Shown here: piece by piece, positions 40,893 to 50,187 of the stretch
Layout: the number at the start of each line of letters is the position of its first letter
Numbering within the stretch: the stretch's first letter is position 1
Sequence record: MN871441.1
Reading direction: 5' to 3' (one strand)
Length of the DNA stretch: 64,000 nucleotides
Translations under genes and position numbers: made by a program
The notes under the pieces: model-generated
What the model was told of the DNA's origin: nothing
Database searches by the model: none
Seen by the model: only the letters and a program-made list of their open reading frames with translations

Positions 40893-41459
40893 TTAGTCCA
40901 TGTAAGAGCTGCGGTATGCAACTTTTTCACCAACCACATTATTAATTTCGTCACAAATAATCTGCATGATTTCCTCTTTGTAGGTCAACGACTGATGACC
41001 ACAATACGGGATTCTAAATTTTGGTTCCAAGAATGATTCTTTACCTGATTTATACGCAATGTCAAACCCAAGACCCAAAACAAGGTCTTTTACTTTTTTC
41101 TTTCTTCCAAATTCAACATACACAGAGGAAAATCCACAACAGTCCCAATCGTTGGGATGACGCTCAAGGTAGTCCCGATGATAATCATTGATTTTCTCGA
41201 TTACTTTTTCAACAAAAGAAACATCATATCCAGATTCCGGTTGTACTACTTCCGGAAGTGGTTTCTTCTCTTCTTTGTCGAGACAGATCAGTTCATTCTC
41301 TTCATATGCACTGATAGTACCATTGGGCCAAGTAACCTCAACCCAAACCTCTGGATTGTAGTATGAAACCACACCAACCACACCAAACAAATGACGTTGA
41401 CTTTCGTCATTCATCACATTGCTATTGATCTGTACGTTGCTACCTTCTTTCATAGTCAT
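40893..41459 (-). CDS. Hypothetical early protein
   Basis: 188 aa; GAGG RBS; TTGACA upstream; WDCCGFSSV motif. Confidence 0.8.
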   Translation of the reverse strand: MTMKEGSNVQINSNVMNDESQRHLFGVVGVVSYYNPEVWVEVTWPNGTISAYEENELICLDKEEKKPLPEVVQPESGYDVSFVEKVIEKINDYHRDYLERHPNDWDCCGFSSVYVEFGRKKKVKDLVLGLGFDIAYKSGKESFLEPKFRIPYCGHQSLTYKEEIMQIICDEINNVVGEKVAYRSSYMD

Positions 41460-41517
41460 TTCCTCGTTTTACGAGATAGAGAATACCAGAGTGTGGTTGG
41501 TTATGTCAAACACTTTA

Positions 41518-42021
41518 TTACATCAGTTTCAATTTCAGTGACTTTAGTTGATCTCGGTCGTTTCGGTTGATGAAGTATGATTTACCATTGCAATCGGTTG
41601 CAATTGCTGAACCATCATGACCGATAAACGATACAGAAATGTCTTTCGGGTTTTTGTTTCGGCGAAGACCAATAGTGAGCATATCACCAACTTCCAGTTC
41701 CCGAAATTCTGATACTTTCTCTTTTTTGATTGTAAACAGATTACCGTTCAGAGTCATTCCAAACTCAGATACATCAGTTTCATAAGTAACAGTACCCCCG
41801 GAATGATACTCAGTAACACGGACACCACCACTAAGATTAAAATGGTCTAAAATAATAGTTAATCCTGTAATACACGCGATAAGTTGTGATACAACACCAT
41901 TATTTTTGTTAATAACGGAGACGACCAAACGCTTTGATTTATAGTTGAATCCGCTACCCTCTTCAATCACAACCCCTTCAACGTCTTTCGTGACTCGTTT
42001 TTCTACATAAAGTTTTTTCAT
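41518..42021 (-). CDS. Hypothetical protein
   Basis: Probable start MKKLYVEKR. Confidence 0.7.
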   Translation of the reverse strand: MKKLYVEKRVTKDVEGVVIEEGSGFNYKSKRLVVSVINKNNGVVSQLIACITGLTIILDHFNLSGGVRVTEYHSGGTVTYETDVSEFGMTLNGNLFTIKKEKVSEFRELEVGDMLTIGLRRNKNPKDISVSFIGHDGSAIATDCNGKSYFINRNDRDQLKSLKLKLM

Positions 42022-42351
42022 TACATACCCCATTCTTTTTGAATTACGTCGTTGCAAAAATCAACTGAATTTTCAAAATCATACATTTTGTTCATCAAAT
42101 CACCAAACTTGGATTTGATAAGTTGTTCCGCTGCTTCTCGTACCCGTTGATCAAACGCCTCAACGTTGTATTGTTTTTTAACCCGATTTTCCATAACTTC
42201 ATACTGGTATTTCATGAAGTTTTCGTAAGATTCAACATGTTCGATCTCGATGCCGTTGATCAAGACAGTCAGTTTGAAAAAATTTCATCGGATTGGTCAA
42301 GCAACAGGTGATTCACAACAAGGTTAGCTTCATCAAGTCCAAATTTCATAA
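42021..42351 (-). CDS. Hypothetical protein (N-terminus probably frameshifted)
   Basis: GAGG RBS at ~42357; 80-aa C-terminal ORF. Confidence 0.55.
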
Positions 42352-42361
42352 TAATTTCCTC

Positions 42362-42700
42362 TTAGTCACTCAGTTTACCGAACGGGATTTGTTCAACAAA
42401 AGCCCAAGCGGCATGATAAACGGTAGCACCGGGGGTTTCACTCATAAATACAGTGTCAACCGGGGCCACAACACGAAACAAAGTTGGTTCTCCACCAATC
42501 GACCGAGCCGCCCGTCGTGCATATACTTTTGCCAGTCCACGGTCTTTAGTGAAGAACACACGGTCTAAGTTTTTCTTACGACCTTTCTCTGAAATTGTAT
42601 CAGTCATCTCAGGAGGAAGCAACATATTACCTTTCAAACCAAGAGTACAGGAACCATGATAGAACTCAACATAATCTGGTTTGCAGTGAATAGTTGTCAT
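42362..42700 (-). CDS. Arr-like ADP-ribosyltransferase
   Basis: FYHGS...LLPP, VFFT.D...A..YA and F.V spacing typical of Arr/diphtheria-toxin-like ARTs. Confidence 0.65.
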   Translation of the reverse strand: MTTIHCKPDYVEFYHGSCTLGLKGNMLLPPEMTDTISEKGRKKNLDRVFFTKDRGLAKVYARRAARSIGGEPTLFRVVAPVDTVFMSETPGATVYHAAWAFVEQIPFGKLSD

Positions 42701-42727
42701 ATCTTCTCTCCATCAACGTTACAACCC

Positions 42728-43099
42728 TTATTCTACACTTTCGTCGGCTGGTGTCAATATGTTTTTAGAAATAAAATTTATTACCCCATCATCTGGACGT
42801 TCAAACAACCAAATGCAATTTAGATATCCCAGTGAACTGGAGTCTTCATGGTCAATGCGACCCACTGGGATCTCACTGTCGTAACAAAACCCTTTGTAAT
42901 CATCACATACATAGAAACCACACTGTTTACTGTAAACAATACCAACACAAACGCAAGATTCGGGCCAAAGTTCAACCAGACCATCATTGNTTACAGTTAC
43001 AGCAAATTTGTCATATTTGTGTTCGTTTACTGGGAGGTCGAGAACCAAATTATCAATTATAACAGGAATGTTAAAACTCTTAAAAGGTGGTGTATACAT
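42728..43099 (-). CDS. Hypothetical protein
   Basis: 123 aa ORF. Confidence 0.7.
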   Translation of the reverse strand: MYTPPFKSFNIPVIIDNLVLDLPVNEHKYDKFAVTVXNDGLVELWPESCVCVGIVYSKQCGFYVCDDYKGFCYDSEIPVGRIDHEDSSSLGYLNCIWLFERPDDGVINFISKNILTPADESVE

Positions 43100-43326
43100 T
43101 TTAGTACCNNNNNNNTNNATGANCNNNANNNNCNNTAACNNNACNNNTNGTAANCANTNNNNTNNATANANNCNANANNNTNNGGAANNNTNAAANNNCA
43201 NANCNNNNANNNNNTNNNNNNNNNNGNNNNNANTTCNACNNGNNNANCNTNGTTNANANNNANANCAAANNNANCNTANATNTNNACGAGAACTGATGAT
43301 ATATATATNATCAGTTTACATAAAAC

Positions 43327-43356
43327 AAAAGGGATCCTCAACGGGATCCCTTTTTT
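43327..43356. terminator. Terminator, GGGATCC family copy 3
   Basis: AAAA-GGGATCCT-caac-GGGATCCC-TTTTTT at the end of asiA. Confidence 0.8.
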
Positions 43357-43627
43357 ATTCGTCAACCATACAGTTAATCAAATGGTCAATTCTACCAGCA
43401 TCAAATTCTTTTATAATCTCTTTTTTCTGATATGGGGTTAGACTACTAACCATAACTCTGAAATTAAAAATCGTTAATGGTTTACCTCGCACGGTAGTAA
43501 ACCCTAGTTCATTTAGAAAATCTACAAACCCAGATTGAGTATCTAGAATGTCATCACAGCCATATTTTGCCAAGATAGATGCGGTAGCTACAATATCTTT
43601 CATCAATTCAACTTTTGTAATTTTCAT
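43355..43627 (-). CDS. asiA: Anti-sigma70 protein AsiA
   Basis: DIVATASILAKY..DDI....FVDFLNELG....LT..NFR.MV..LT...KKEII.EF aligns with T4 AsiA; 90 aa. Confidence 0.88.
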   Translation of the reverse strand: MKITKVELMKDIVATASILAKYGCDDILDTQSGFVDFLNELGFTTVRGKPLTIFNFRVMVSSLTPYQKKEIIKEFDAGRIDHLINCMVDE

Positions 43628-43863
43628 ATTTTATAATCTTTATCTCTTAGGATCACATCAGTTCGATTTCGAACATCACCAATAAATCTTGCAGTACTAC
43701 CACACGGAAAAATAATAATACTCACTTCATACCCAAACGCATCTTTTTGGATAGATAGTTTGACCGTTTCCATTGAATGGTCTTTCAGGTTGATATGGGT
43801 AGGTTTTCCATCTTTTGTAAGACCAGACACTACCCCACCGCCAAATAATGTCATATCAATCAT
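43624..43863 (-). CDS. Hypothetical protein
   Basis: About 80 aa, coupled to asiA. Confidence 0.65.
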   Translation of the reverse strand: MIDMTLFGGGVVSGLTKDGKPTHINLKDHSMETVKLSIQKDAFGYEVSIIIFPCGSTARFIGDVRNRTDVILRDKDYKI

Positions 43864-44060
43864 AATCACCAACCCTCTGATTTCTTATGCTTTTTACCAC
43901 GAATTTTCTTGGAATTCTCTTTCTTGTCCTTCATAACAGAAGGACGATTGAAATTATGTTTAGCTACTGGATTCATTTTCTATTCCTTATGTTATGAAAG
44001 AGGGGGCGAACCCCCTTGATGCGGTTATAGTCTCATAACCAATACATGTTTGCAAGTGGT

Positions 44061-44510
44061 TTATACTGGGAGAATCCAGAAAAGACCACAGAAGAATCCA
44101 GAAACAGCAGAAATAAGAGCCAAAAGAACCACAACAGTGATTACATTGATTCGTTTGTTAGCAGATTCGCGCTCATTGTCGGTCATTGCTTCCCACTTCC
44201 GAATTGACTCTTCCAGATCTTTAACCCCATCAATACCNCTCTCGATGTAGATNANTGTCATTGGGTTAGCATANGCTTTACCAAGATAACCTACCCNNTC
44301 TTTNGCATAAGANANCATGGTNAGATANTGGAACATCACCATNACGATAGCGCCAANGATAATAGGNCCATACATAGTGGATGCNGGGATTGATGCAAGG
44401 GCTGCTGCCATGAAGAACAGGCCCCAAGTAACAATTGCATTCGATTTAACCCGTTGGGTTTCTTCATGAATACGTTGTTTTACTTTTGTCACACGAGTTT
44501 CAATAGACAT
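44061..44510 (-). CDS. Membrane protein
   Basis: Three hydrophobic segments; starts MSIE. Confidence 0.75.
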   Translation of the reverse strand: MSIETRVTKVKQRIHEETQRVKSNAIVTWGLFFMAAALASIXASTMYXPIIXGAIXMVMFXYXTMXSYXKXXVGYLGKXYANPMTXIYIEXGIDGVKDLEESIRKWEAMTDNERESANKRINVITVVVLLALISAVSGFFCGLFWILPV

Positions 44511-44538
44511 TTCATTTTCCTTTTTTACAAAACTATAT

Positions 44539-44967
44539 TTAGAGGAACAACCAAGATGATACCATTACAGGAACACCAAATAAACCAAGATAAAATACAA
44601 AATCACAAAAGTATATTACTATTCCTGCAATAGTAATTCGTAGATTAAAGTTTGATGTATTTTTATAAATATGAAGGTATTTCCCAACGTTATTACCGCA
44701 AAATGAGTATAGCATACACATAGATAATGGATGTTTAAACTCTTTGCCATAATTGGGGCGCTTAATCCATACAACTACCATGAACACAATATCAAGGAGA
44801 ACATAAAATATGGCACATAACAGTATGTATAGATTGACATCCGGCACAAACCCACAACCAACAAGTACACTTGCTACCAATGCCCCCATACANGATGGGA
44901 TNANCGCAGGNAACATCCCGTTTGTTTCTGTTTCTGCCTGTCTCATAATGTTTATTTCTATAGACAT
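44539..44967 (-). CDS. Membrane protein
   Basis: Three hydrophobic segments; starts MSIE. Confidence 0.75.
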   Translation of the reverse strand: MSIEINIMRQAETETNGMXPAXIPXCMGALVASVLVGCGFVPDVNLYILLCAIFYVLLDIVFMVVVWIKRPNYGKEFKHPLSMCMLYSFCGNNVGKYLHIYKNTSNFNLRITIAGIVIYFCDFVFYLGLFGVPVMVSSWLFL

Positions 44968-44968
44968 T

Positions 44969-46315
44969 TTATTTACTATCCTTCAATTTATTTTTCAAAG
45001 TTGTTAAATCTTTCAAATATTCTTTTTTTGAGTTTGTACTTTTCCAATAAGCTAGGTCTTTTTCTGCTTGCTCATATTCTTTAACCAGCTTTTCTACTTC
45101 ATCTTCTGTCATGTTAAAGATTGGAAGACCAACCACCTTATCAGCATAAACAGAAAGCTCTGGATCCAGAAGAGTTTTAACTTGTTGGATCATAGATTTC
45201 TTCGGTTGGTTATAACCGATTTTCCCATCACGAGCCAGACGAATAAATTCTGCCTTCGCTTTCAATTCCGGGATAAGAANAGTCAGATTTTCAATCATAT
45301 TTTCAATGCGACGGTCAACNACNGTCATGCGATAATCNACAAATTCNCACACNAGTTGNCTNGTATTGTCGTATTTTCNCAGNTCCATATCCCCNGTAAC
45401 CATGTTNGAGTTTGGACCGATTACGTTGATATTCTGATAGATATTCTCAGATAGAGAGAACTGTTTCATGATATTTTCATGAGAAGTATCAAAATCACGT
45501 TTCAAAGTGACTCGGAATGTAAAATCACCGTCACCTTCAATCTCATCATAACTAACAATCTGATCTTTTTCAATGAGATTATTCAAAATCGCCACATATT
45601 TTATTCGATTGAAACTAACTGGGATTTCTGTGATCAAAAGCTTGGTTTTACCTTGAAGTTCATAAACCCCTTCGTTTGTCCATTGTTCACCTGATGTATT
45701 AACGTTCCCAATAAAAGAAGGGAACTTGATTTCTGGATCTTTACATTTACCAGTCTTAACATAAGAAATACATTCATCAATAACGCTGTGAATGTCATGT
45801 GGTAGNATATGAGTCGCGTAACCAGTTGCAACACCATGAACCCCATTGATNAGAACAAACGGAATNACNGGNAGATAAAATTTTGGAATAGAATAAGAAT
45901 CNATCTCACTTGGTAAAACTAGATCCAAATCTTTAAANAGTAGGTCAAAATTATCATCCANCTTACCGAAGATNTAACGTGGTTCNGCTGCNGCTGGGTT
46001 CTGTCGTGAACCAAAGTTACCGCGACCCTTGATAACTGGGAAGTTGTTTGCGTATTCAGTTGCCATNCCNGCAAGAACATCATACCCNCTTGCTTCNCCA
46101 TGGGGATATCCATAGTCGGAGATAACACCACAAAGAAATGCGGATTTCTTGAAGTCCTTACTTGCGTTTTTGATTGTGGAGTACAAAACAAAACGCTGAG
46201 ATGGTTTGAACCCATCTACCATGGAAGGTAATGCCCGGTTGACGATGGTATAAAATGTATATTCTTTTGCTTCGTTGTGAATATAACTTGAAATAGTACG
46301 ATCTACAAATTTCAT
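44969..46315 (-). CDS. 52: DNA topoisomerase II medium subunit gp52
   Basis: RALPSMVDGFKPSQRFVLY; YPH.E; GRGNFGSR; GVATGYAT; ITEIP. Confidence 0.97.
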   Translation of the reverse strand: MKFVDRTISSYIHNEAKEYTFYTIVNRALPSMVDGFKPSQRFVLYSTIKNASKDFKKSAFLCGVISDYGYPHXEAXGYDVLXXMATEYANNFPVIKGRGNFGSRQNPXAXEPRXIFGKXDDNFDLXFKDLDLVLPSEXDSYSIPKFYXXXIPFVXINGVHGVATGYATHXLPHDIHSVIDECISYVKTGKCKDPEIKFPSFIGNVNTSGEQWTNEGVYELQGKTKLLITEIPVSFNRIKYVAILNNLIEKDQIVSYDEIEGDGDFTFRVTLKRDFDTSHENIMKQFSLSENIYQNINVIGPNXNMVXGDMXLXKYDNXXQXVXEFXDYRMXXVDRRIENMIENLTXLIPELKAKAEFIRLARDGKIGYNQPKKSMIQQVKTLLDPELSVYADKVVGLPIFNMTEDEVEKLVKEYEQAEKDLAYWKSTNSKKEYLKDLTTLKNKLKDSK

Positions 46316-46344
46316 ATCATTCCTTATTTTAATTTATTTTATGT

Positions 46345-46394
46345 ATCATAACACATATGAATATAAACTGTAAAGCCCATCAAAAGACGGGCTT
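46345..46394 (-). promoter_or_regulatory. Terminator overlapping the early promoter of gene 52
   Basis: Minus strand AAAGCCC/GGGCTTT stem, then TTTACA-N18-TATGAT with TGTG. Confidence 0.65.
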
Positions 46395-46398
46395 TGTT

Positions 46399-46803
46399 CT
46401 AACTTACCATTCGACCATGGATGATAAATTTGTTTCGGATCTTGCCAGTCAACTCATGACCATTATTCATCTGTCCGTATTCTTCAATCCCAAGGAGGTG
46501 TCGGGCTTGGCTATATTTAAGGAAATATAGTTTTACGGTCTTTCCTGTCATCAGATAATCATGAACATCTTTAGCCTGTCCGGTACGTGGTTTTCGAAGT
46601 CGGATCATGGTTTCACCAAAACCACGTTTTCGCTGTTGATTTCCAACATGAGTCATATAAACAACAGAACTAGCGGGGGCAGAAATGAAGTAAAACCCCT
46701 CTTTCGTTACATCACCAGTTTCGTTAAGGTTGATACCATCAAAGTTACCAACAACAACCGCACCAGACTTGACAAGCTCCTTTGTAGTTAAATTCTTTTT
46801 CAT
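46399..46803 (-). CDS. ndd: Nucleoid disruption protein Ndd
   Basis: L...GAVVVG, GFYF and HVGNQQ.KRGF motifs; syntenic with gene 52. Confidence 0.8.
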   Translation of the reverse strand: MKKNLTTKELVKSGAVVVGNFDGINLNETGDVTKEGFYFISAPASSVVYMTHVGNQQRKRGFGETMIRLRKPRTGQAKDVHDYLMTGKTVKLYFLKYSQARHLLGIEEYGQMNNGHELTGKIRNKFIIHGRMVS

Positions 46804-46994
46804 TATTTCACCATATTAAAAATTAAAAACAAGACAATACCAAGACCCAATATTTTAATAAACCAACCGGTGGGAGTGGTCATCATTGATTCCGGGTGAT
46901 ACATTTCTTCTGGTATATCTCTTTTATTGCCATAACGGTCGTGAGTATCCATCAGCCTAGGGCCTTCATCCTCATCGTATGGTTGATATCTCAT
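46803..46994 (-). CDS. Small membrane protein
   Basis: C-terminal TM segment. Confidence 0.65.
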   Translation of the reverse strand: MRYQPYDEDEGPRLMDTHDRYGNKRDIPEEMYHPESMMTTPTGWFIKILGLGIVLFLIFNMVK

Positions 46995-47239
46995 TCACCC
47001 ACCCGAAAAAATTTTCCGTCTCGAACCAGTACATGATCCAAATTATAAATGATGAACCCTTTGGTTTCATATGGGGTAACAACACGATATTCGACGTCTT
47101 TGGTATCGTGATTCACATGAAAGGAATATACCCAGTCTTTAACCTTTAATTGAAGGCTTGTATAACCAGACACAAACGGTATTACCTCCTTATAGCCTTC
47201 ACTTTTCTTAATGTTTACGAAACTCTCTATAGAAACCAT
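46991..47239 (-). CDS. Hypothetical protein
   Basis: 82 aa, GAGG RBS. Confidence 0.65.
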   Translation of the reverse strand: MVSIESFVNIKKSEGYKEVIPFVSGYTSLQLKVKDWVYSFHVNHDTKDVEYRVVTPYETKGFIIYNLDHVLVRDGKFFRVGE

Positions 47240-47261
47240 GATTAAACCTCGTGTATGGTGT

Positions 47262-47323
47262 CTAGAATCAATTCCTANNNAGAATACATAACATTGTANG
47301 AGATAACNAGGAATTGATTCTAG
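47262..47323. repeat. Inverted repeat
   Basis: CTAGAATCAATTCCT ... AGGAATTGATTCTAG. Confidence 0.75.
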
Positions 47324-47330
47324 NNANATT

Positions 47331-47424
47331 GGTGAGCTTTAGCGAACCGGCTACGCCGTACTCGTTTCACTCGTTCTAATTATAGATCTTCTATATAAAT
47401 ACTTATAGGAGATCTATAATTTGA
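47331..47424. repeat. Bipartite GC-hairpin plus 50-bp palindrome element, copy 2
   Basis: Palindrome co-oriented with copy 1; GC module is the reverse complement of that in copy 1. Confidence 0.85.
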
Positions 47425-47436
47425 TTTCAGATGATA

Positions 47437-47916
47437 CTAACCTAGTACCTTTTTGACAAGGGCACCATCAAACAAAAGACCTTTGGCAGCAGCAGCCTTC
47501 TTACAAGCTCCCATGACTTGACCGATGTTAGAACCACCGACGAGCTGACCAAGTACCTCTTTGATATGTTCTTCGTCAAACACCTTCGGAAGATAGGAAC
47601 TCAGCAATTCACGTTCGATCATTAAGTCTGTGAATTTGATATCAGTTTTAAGAATATCCATCACTTCTTGATTGGTCATATCGTTTGATACGGATACAAC
47701 CCGTTTGCGGATCTCGGTAACTGCTTCGTCAATGTTTTTAACGAATTTACGAATAACCGATTGGACTTGTTCGTCAGTTACTACCTGATTACCGGAAGGA
47801 CTTGCTTCACCAATTAGGGTTGTTAGNGCGTTGATACGAACTTTCCCGNNATGGGTAGANCGNTCTTCTGATTTACGGNNTNNNATTTGGTCTTTCTTAA
47901 TTTNTTCAAGCAGCAT
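47437..47916 (-). CDS. GatB/YqeY-domain protein
   Basis: LTTLIGE...TDEQVQSVIRKFVK; ERELLSSYLPK; NIGQVMG. Confidence 0.85.
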   Translation of the reverse strand: MLLEXIKKDQXXXRKSEXXSTHXGKVRINXLTTLIGEASPSGNQVVTDEQVQSVIRKFVKNIDEAVTEIRKRVVSVSNDMTNQEVMDILKTDIKFTDLMIERELLSSYLPKVFDEEHIKEVLGQLVGGSNIGQVMGACKKAAAAKGLLFDGALVKKVLG

Positions 47917-47928
47917 TTAATACACCTT

Positions 47929-48159
47929 TCATATATTGGATAGTTGATTTGTTTCCAGATCTTCTTTGCAAGAGTTGTTTTCAACCCAAGCAATAAACGC
48001 CATAACTTCTTGAGCTTCCATCACGTTCAGAGATTTCTGATGCATCATACGATTATAAACAGCTTCAATCGCATATTGGGAAGGGTCTTCGATACAAACC
48101 CACTCTTGATAGCGCGGATAAAGTTCATAAAACTCATGCATGTTCAGACGAATAATCAT
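47929..48159 (-). CDS. Hypothetical protein
   Basis: 76 aa ORF. Confidence 0.65.
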   Translation of the reverse strand: MIIRLNMHEFYELYPRYQEWVCIEDPSQYAIEAVYNRMMHQKSLNVMEAQEVMAFIAWVENNSCKEDLETNQLSNI

Positions 48160-48187
48160 GGTAAATCCCTCTTTGTTTTATAGTTGA

Positions 48188-48216
48188 ATTTTAAACTGGC
48201 CTTTTGTTTATGTCAA
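48188..48216 (-). promoter_or_regulatory. Sigma70-type early promoter
   Basis: TTGACA-N17-TAAAAT. Confidence 0.7.
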
Positions 48217-48220
48217 CGGT

Positions 48221-48604
48221 TTATCGGATAGAAATAAAACCGTATACACCAGAAGAAGAACCAAAGGACATTGCAGCCTTCCAGTTGTCGATGTGTCCAC
48301 GGACATACTTAGAAGCACCTTTCCATCCATTTCCTTTGTGAATATCACCGGTTTCCATGTTTACAAACCAAACCATCGAACCGGTAGTTTCCTCTCGTCC
48401 GTAATCGTGCATCATGATACGAGCGAATTTTCGGCCTGTTTGATATGAGTAAGAACGGCGGTTGAGATTTGCAGAGATAAAAGATTCTACATGTTCTTCG
48501 CTGTAGCGAGCCCGCATTTCAGGAAGGACGCGATTGAACCAGTTATCTTCTGAAAAGGCATTCATTTCAGCAACCATAGTTTCGATTTTGTTCAACATAG
48601 TCAT
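48221..48604 (-). CDS. Conserved phage hypothetical protein
   Basis: GRKFARI..V.FV....GDI.K..GW motif; GGAG RBS. Confidence 0.75.
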   Translation of the reverse strand: MTMLNKIETMVAEMNAFSEDNWFNRVLPEMRARYSEEHVESFISANLNRRSYSYQTGRKFARIMMHDYGREETTGSMVWFVNMETGDIHKGNGWKGASKYVRGHIDNWKAAMSFGSSSGVYGFISIR

Positions 48605-48653
48605 TCTCCTAATTGGTGTCTCGTCTCAACAGGGATAGTATCTCATAACAGTG

Positions 48654-48965
48654 TTATTCGATCAAGTACTTTTCTACAAAAGTTTTAGCCAATTTTAGTT
48701 CAGAAACGATTACATCAAAGTATGCTTGTCGCACATCCACATCTTTAACATTAAAAAATTCGTTTTCAGTTGCGATCTGATACTTATTGAAAACTTCACT
48801 TGCCCGCACCAAAGCCTGAAAAGAGAATGTGTGGTGTTCGAAATAAGGACCACCATTCAGAGAGAACATCGCCACACTAATACAGTCATTGGTACTTTTG
48901 AATAGAGATTCGTTTTCGAAAATACTGATTGCGTTATTGATATCATTAATGATTTTCTTTTTCAT
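48654..48965 (-). CDS. Hypothetical protein
   Basis: Probable start MKKKIIND. Confidence 0.6.
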   Translation of the reverse strand: MKKKIINDINNAISIFENESLFKSTNDCISVAMFSLNGGPYFEHHTFSFQALVRASEVFNKYQIATENEFFNVKDVDVRQAYFDVIVSELKLAKTFVEKYLIE

Positions 48966-48966
48966 A

Positions 48967-49194
48967 TCAGACCTCGTAATCAAGAACATCTTGGAAATCA
49001 AAGGATTCAACGCCACCACCAGACGATTTGTCATAGTAGCAATGAACATCACCTTCAAAATCTTCGTCGTAATAGCTTTCATATACCATTTCGACACCAG
49101 ATTTCAGAACAACAACGATCTTGTCCTCGAATTGGGTCAGATCGATATGCTTGAAACCTTTAACACCATGCAGAGCAACCAATACGTTATCCAT
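48967..49194 (-). CDS. Hypothetical protein
   Basis: 75 aa, GGAG RBS. Confidence 0.65.
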   Translation of the reverse strand: MDNVLVALHGVKGFKHIDLTQFEDKIVVVLKSGVEMVYESYYDEDFEGDVHCYYDKSSGGGVESFDFQDVLDYEV

Positions 49195-49272
49195 CTTAAT
49201 CTCCTTTGGGAACCATTTCCCGACACAGTTAGTATCTCATAGGCCGGAATACCGATCAACAACTTTTTTAAA

Positions 49273-49590
49273 TTATTTTCCAAGGTTGATGTAAGCAGCC
49301 CGAAGATTGGCAACAACCAGATCCATATAGATACTGAANTCTTCNGTAATCTCTCCGTCATGAGCCGCACATACATCGTGNCAGTTCTTGAACTCGATTG
49401 TGGCCTTCNCTACGTAGTTGCGTGATTCACAAGGCCCCAAGTTGTTCATCAATTCTTTCATGTCGTTGGCGGTTTGGGAAAAAGTGAAGTTGGAGCTAAT
49501 ACCAGTAACAACCTTGGCATTTACCATTACCAGTTCGGACTGAATANCCATAATGNNTTCNCGNAGNNNTTGCATAGTGATATGAGTCAT
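49273..49590 (-). CDS. Hypothetical protein
   Basis: 105 aa, GGAG RBS; upstream hairpin ACGGGGA/TCCCCGT. Confidence 0.65.
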   Translation of the reverse strand: MTHITMQXXXEXIMXIQSELVMVNAKVVTGISSNFTFSQTANDMKELMNNLGPCESRNYVXKATIEFKNXHDVCAAHDGEIXEXFSIYMDLVVANLRAAYINLGK

Positions 49591-49662
49591 AGTAATTCTC
49601 CATTAGACGGGGAACCACTCCCCGTTTCGACAAGACCTATATTATCAGAATACGACTGGATG

Positions 49663-49869
49663 TCAACGCTCTAATTGTGATTGTTTGCAAATATTTTTAT
49701 ATCGTGCTTCTAAGCAATCTAACCAGTGACGATGAACAGGGTCCGGATTCTTTTCCAGATGTTCTGTCAACATATCAATCATTAGCTGGAAATTGTCAAT
49801 CAGATATGCTTGATCGTCAAATTCCAGTGGGATGAATGTAACCCCTTGATTCCACGAATATTGTTTCAT
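49663..49869 (-). CDS. Hypothetical protein
   Basis: 68 aa ORF. Confidence 0.6.
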   Translation of the reverse strand: MKQYSWNQGVTFIPLEFDDQAYLIDNFQLMIDMLTEHLEKNPDPVHRHWLDCLEARYKNICKQSQLER

Positions 49870-50187
49870 ACAAATACATCTTCCATAGTGAAATTGATGG
49901 AACCTAATGCTTCTTTTAGTATATCAACTGTTTTGTATACTGCTGGGATGGTCTGACAATCCTCCAAACCCCGATGACGATACAGGTGATGGCGAATCAT
50001 CATATCAATGACACTACTGGTAATTGTCTTGATATCACTGGGGTATTTGCTACCGATATACCGTTTGTATNCCNCGATGACGATACAGGTGATGGCGAAT
50101 CATCATATCAATGACACTACTGGTNATNGTNNTNNTATNNCTGNGGTANTNNNTACCGNTATACCGTTNGTNNNCCTNNATNNANAT

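Noticed and set aside
49973-50175. ~103-bp tandem duplication in a small minus-strand gene
   Set aside because: The second copy is N-rich and the period is not a multiple of 3; likely overlapping contig ends
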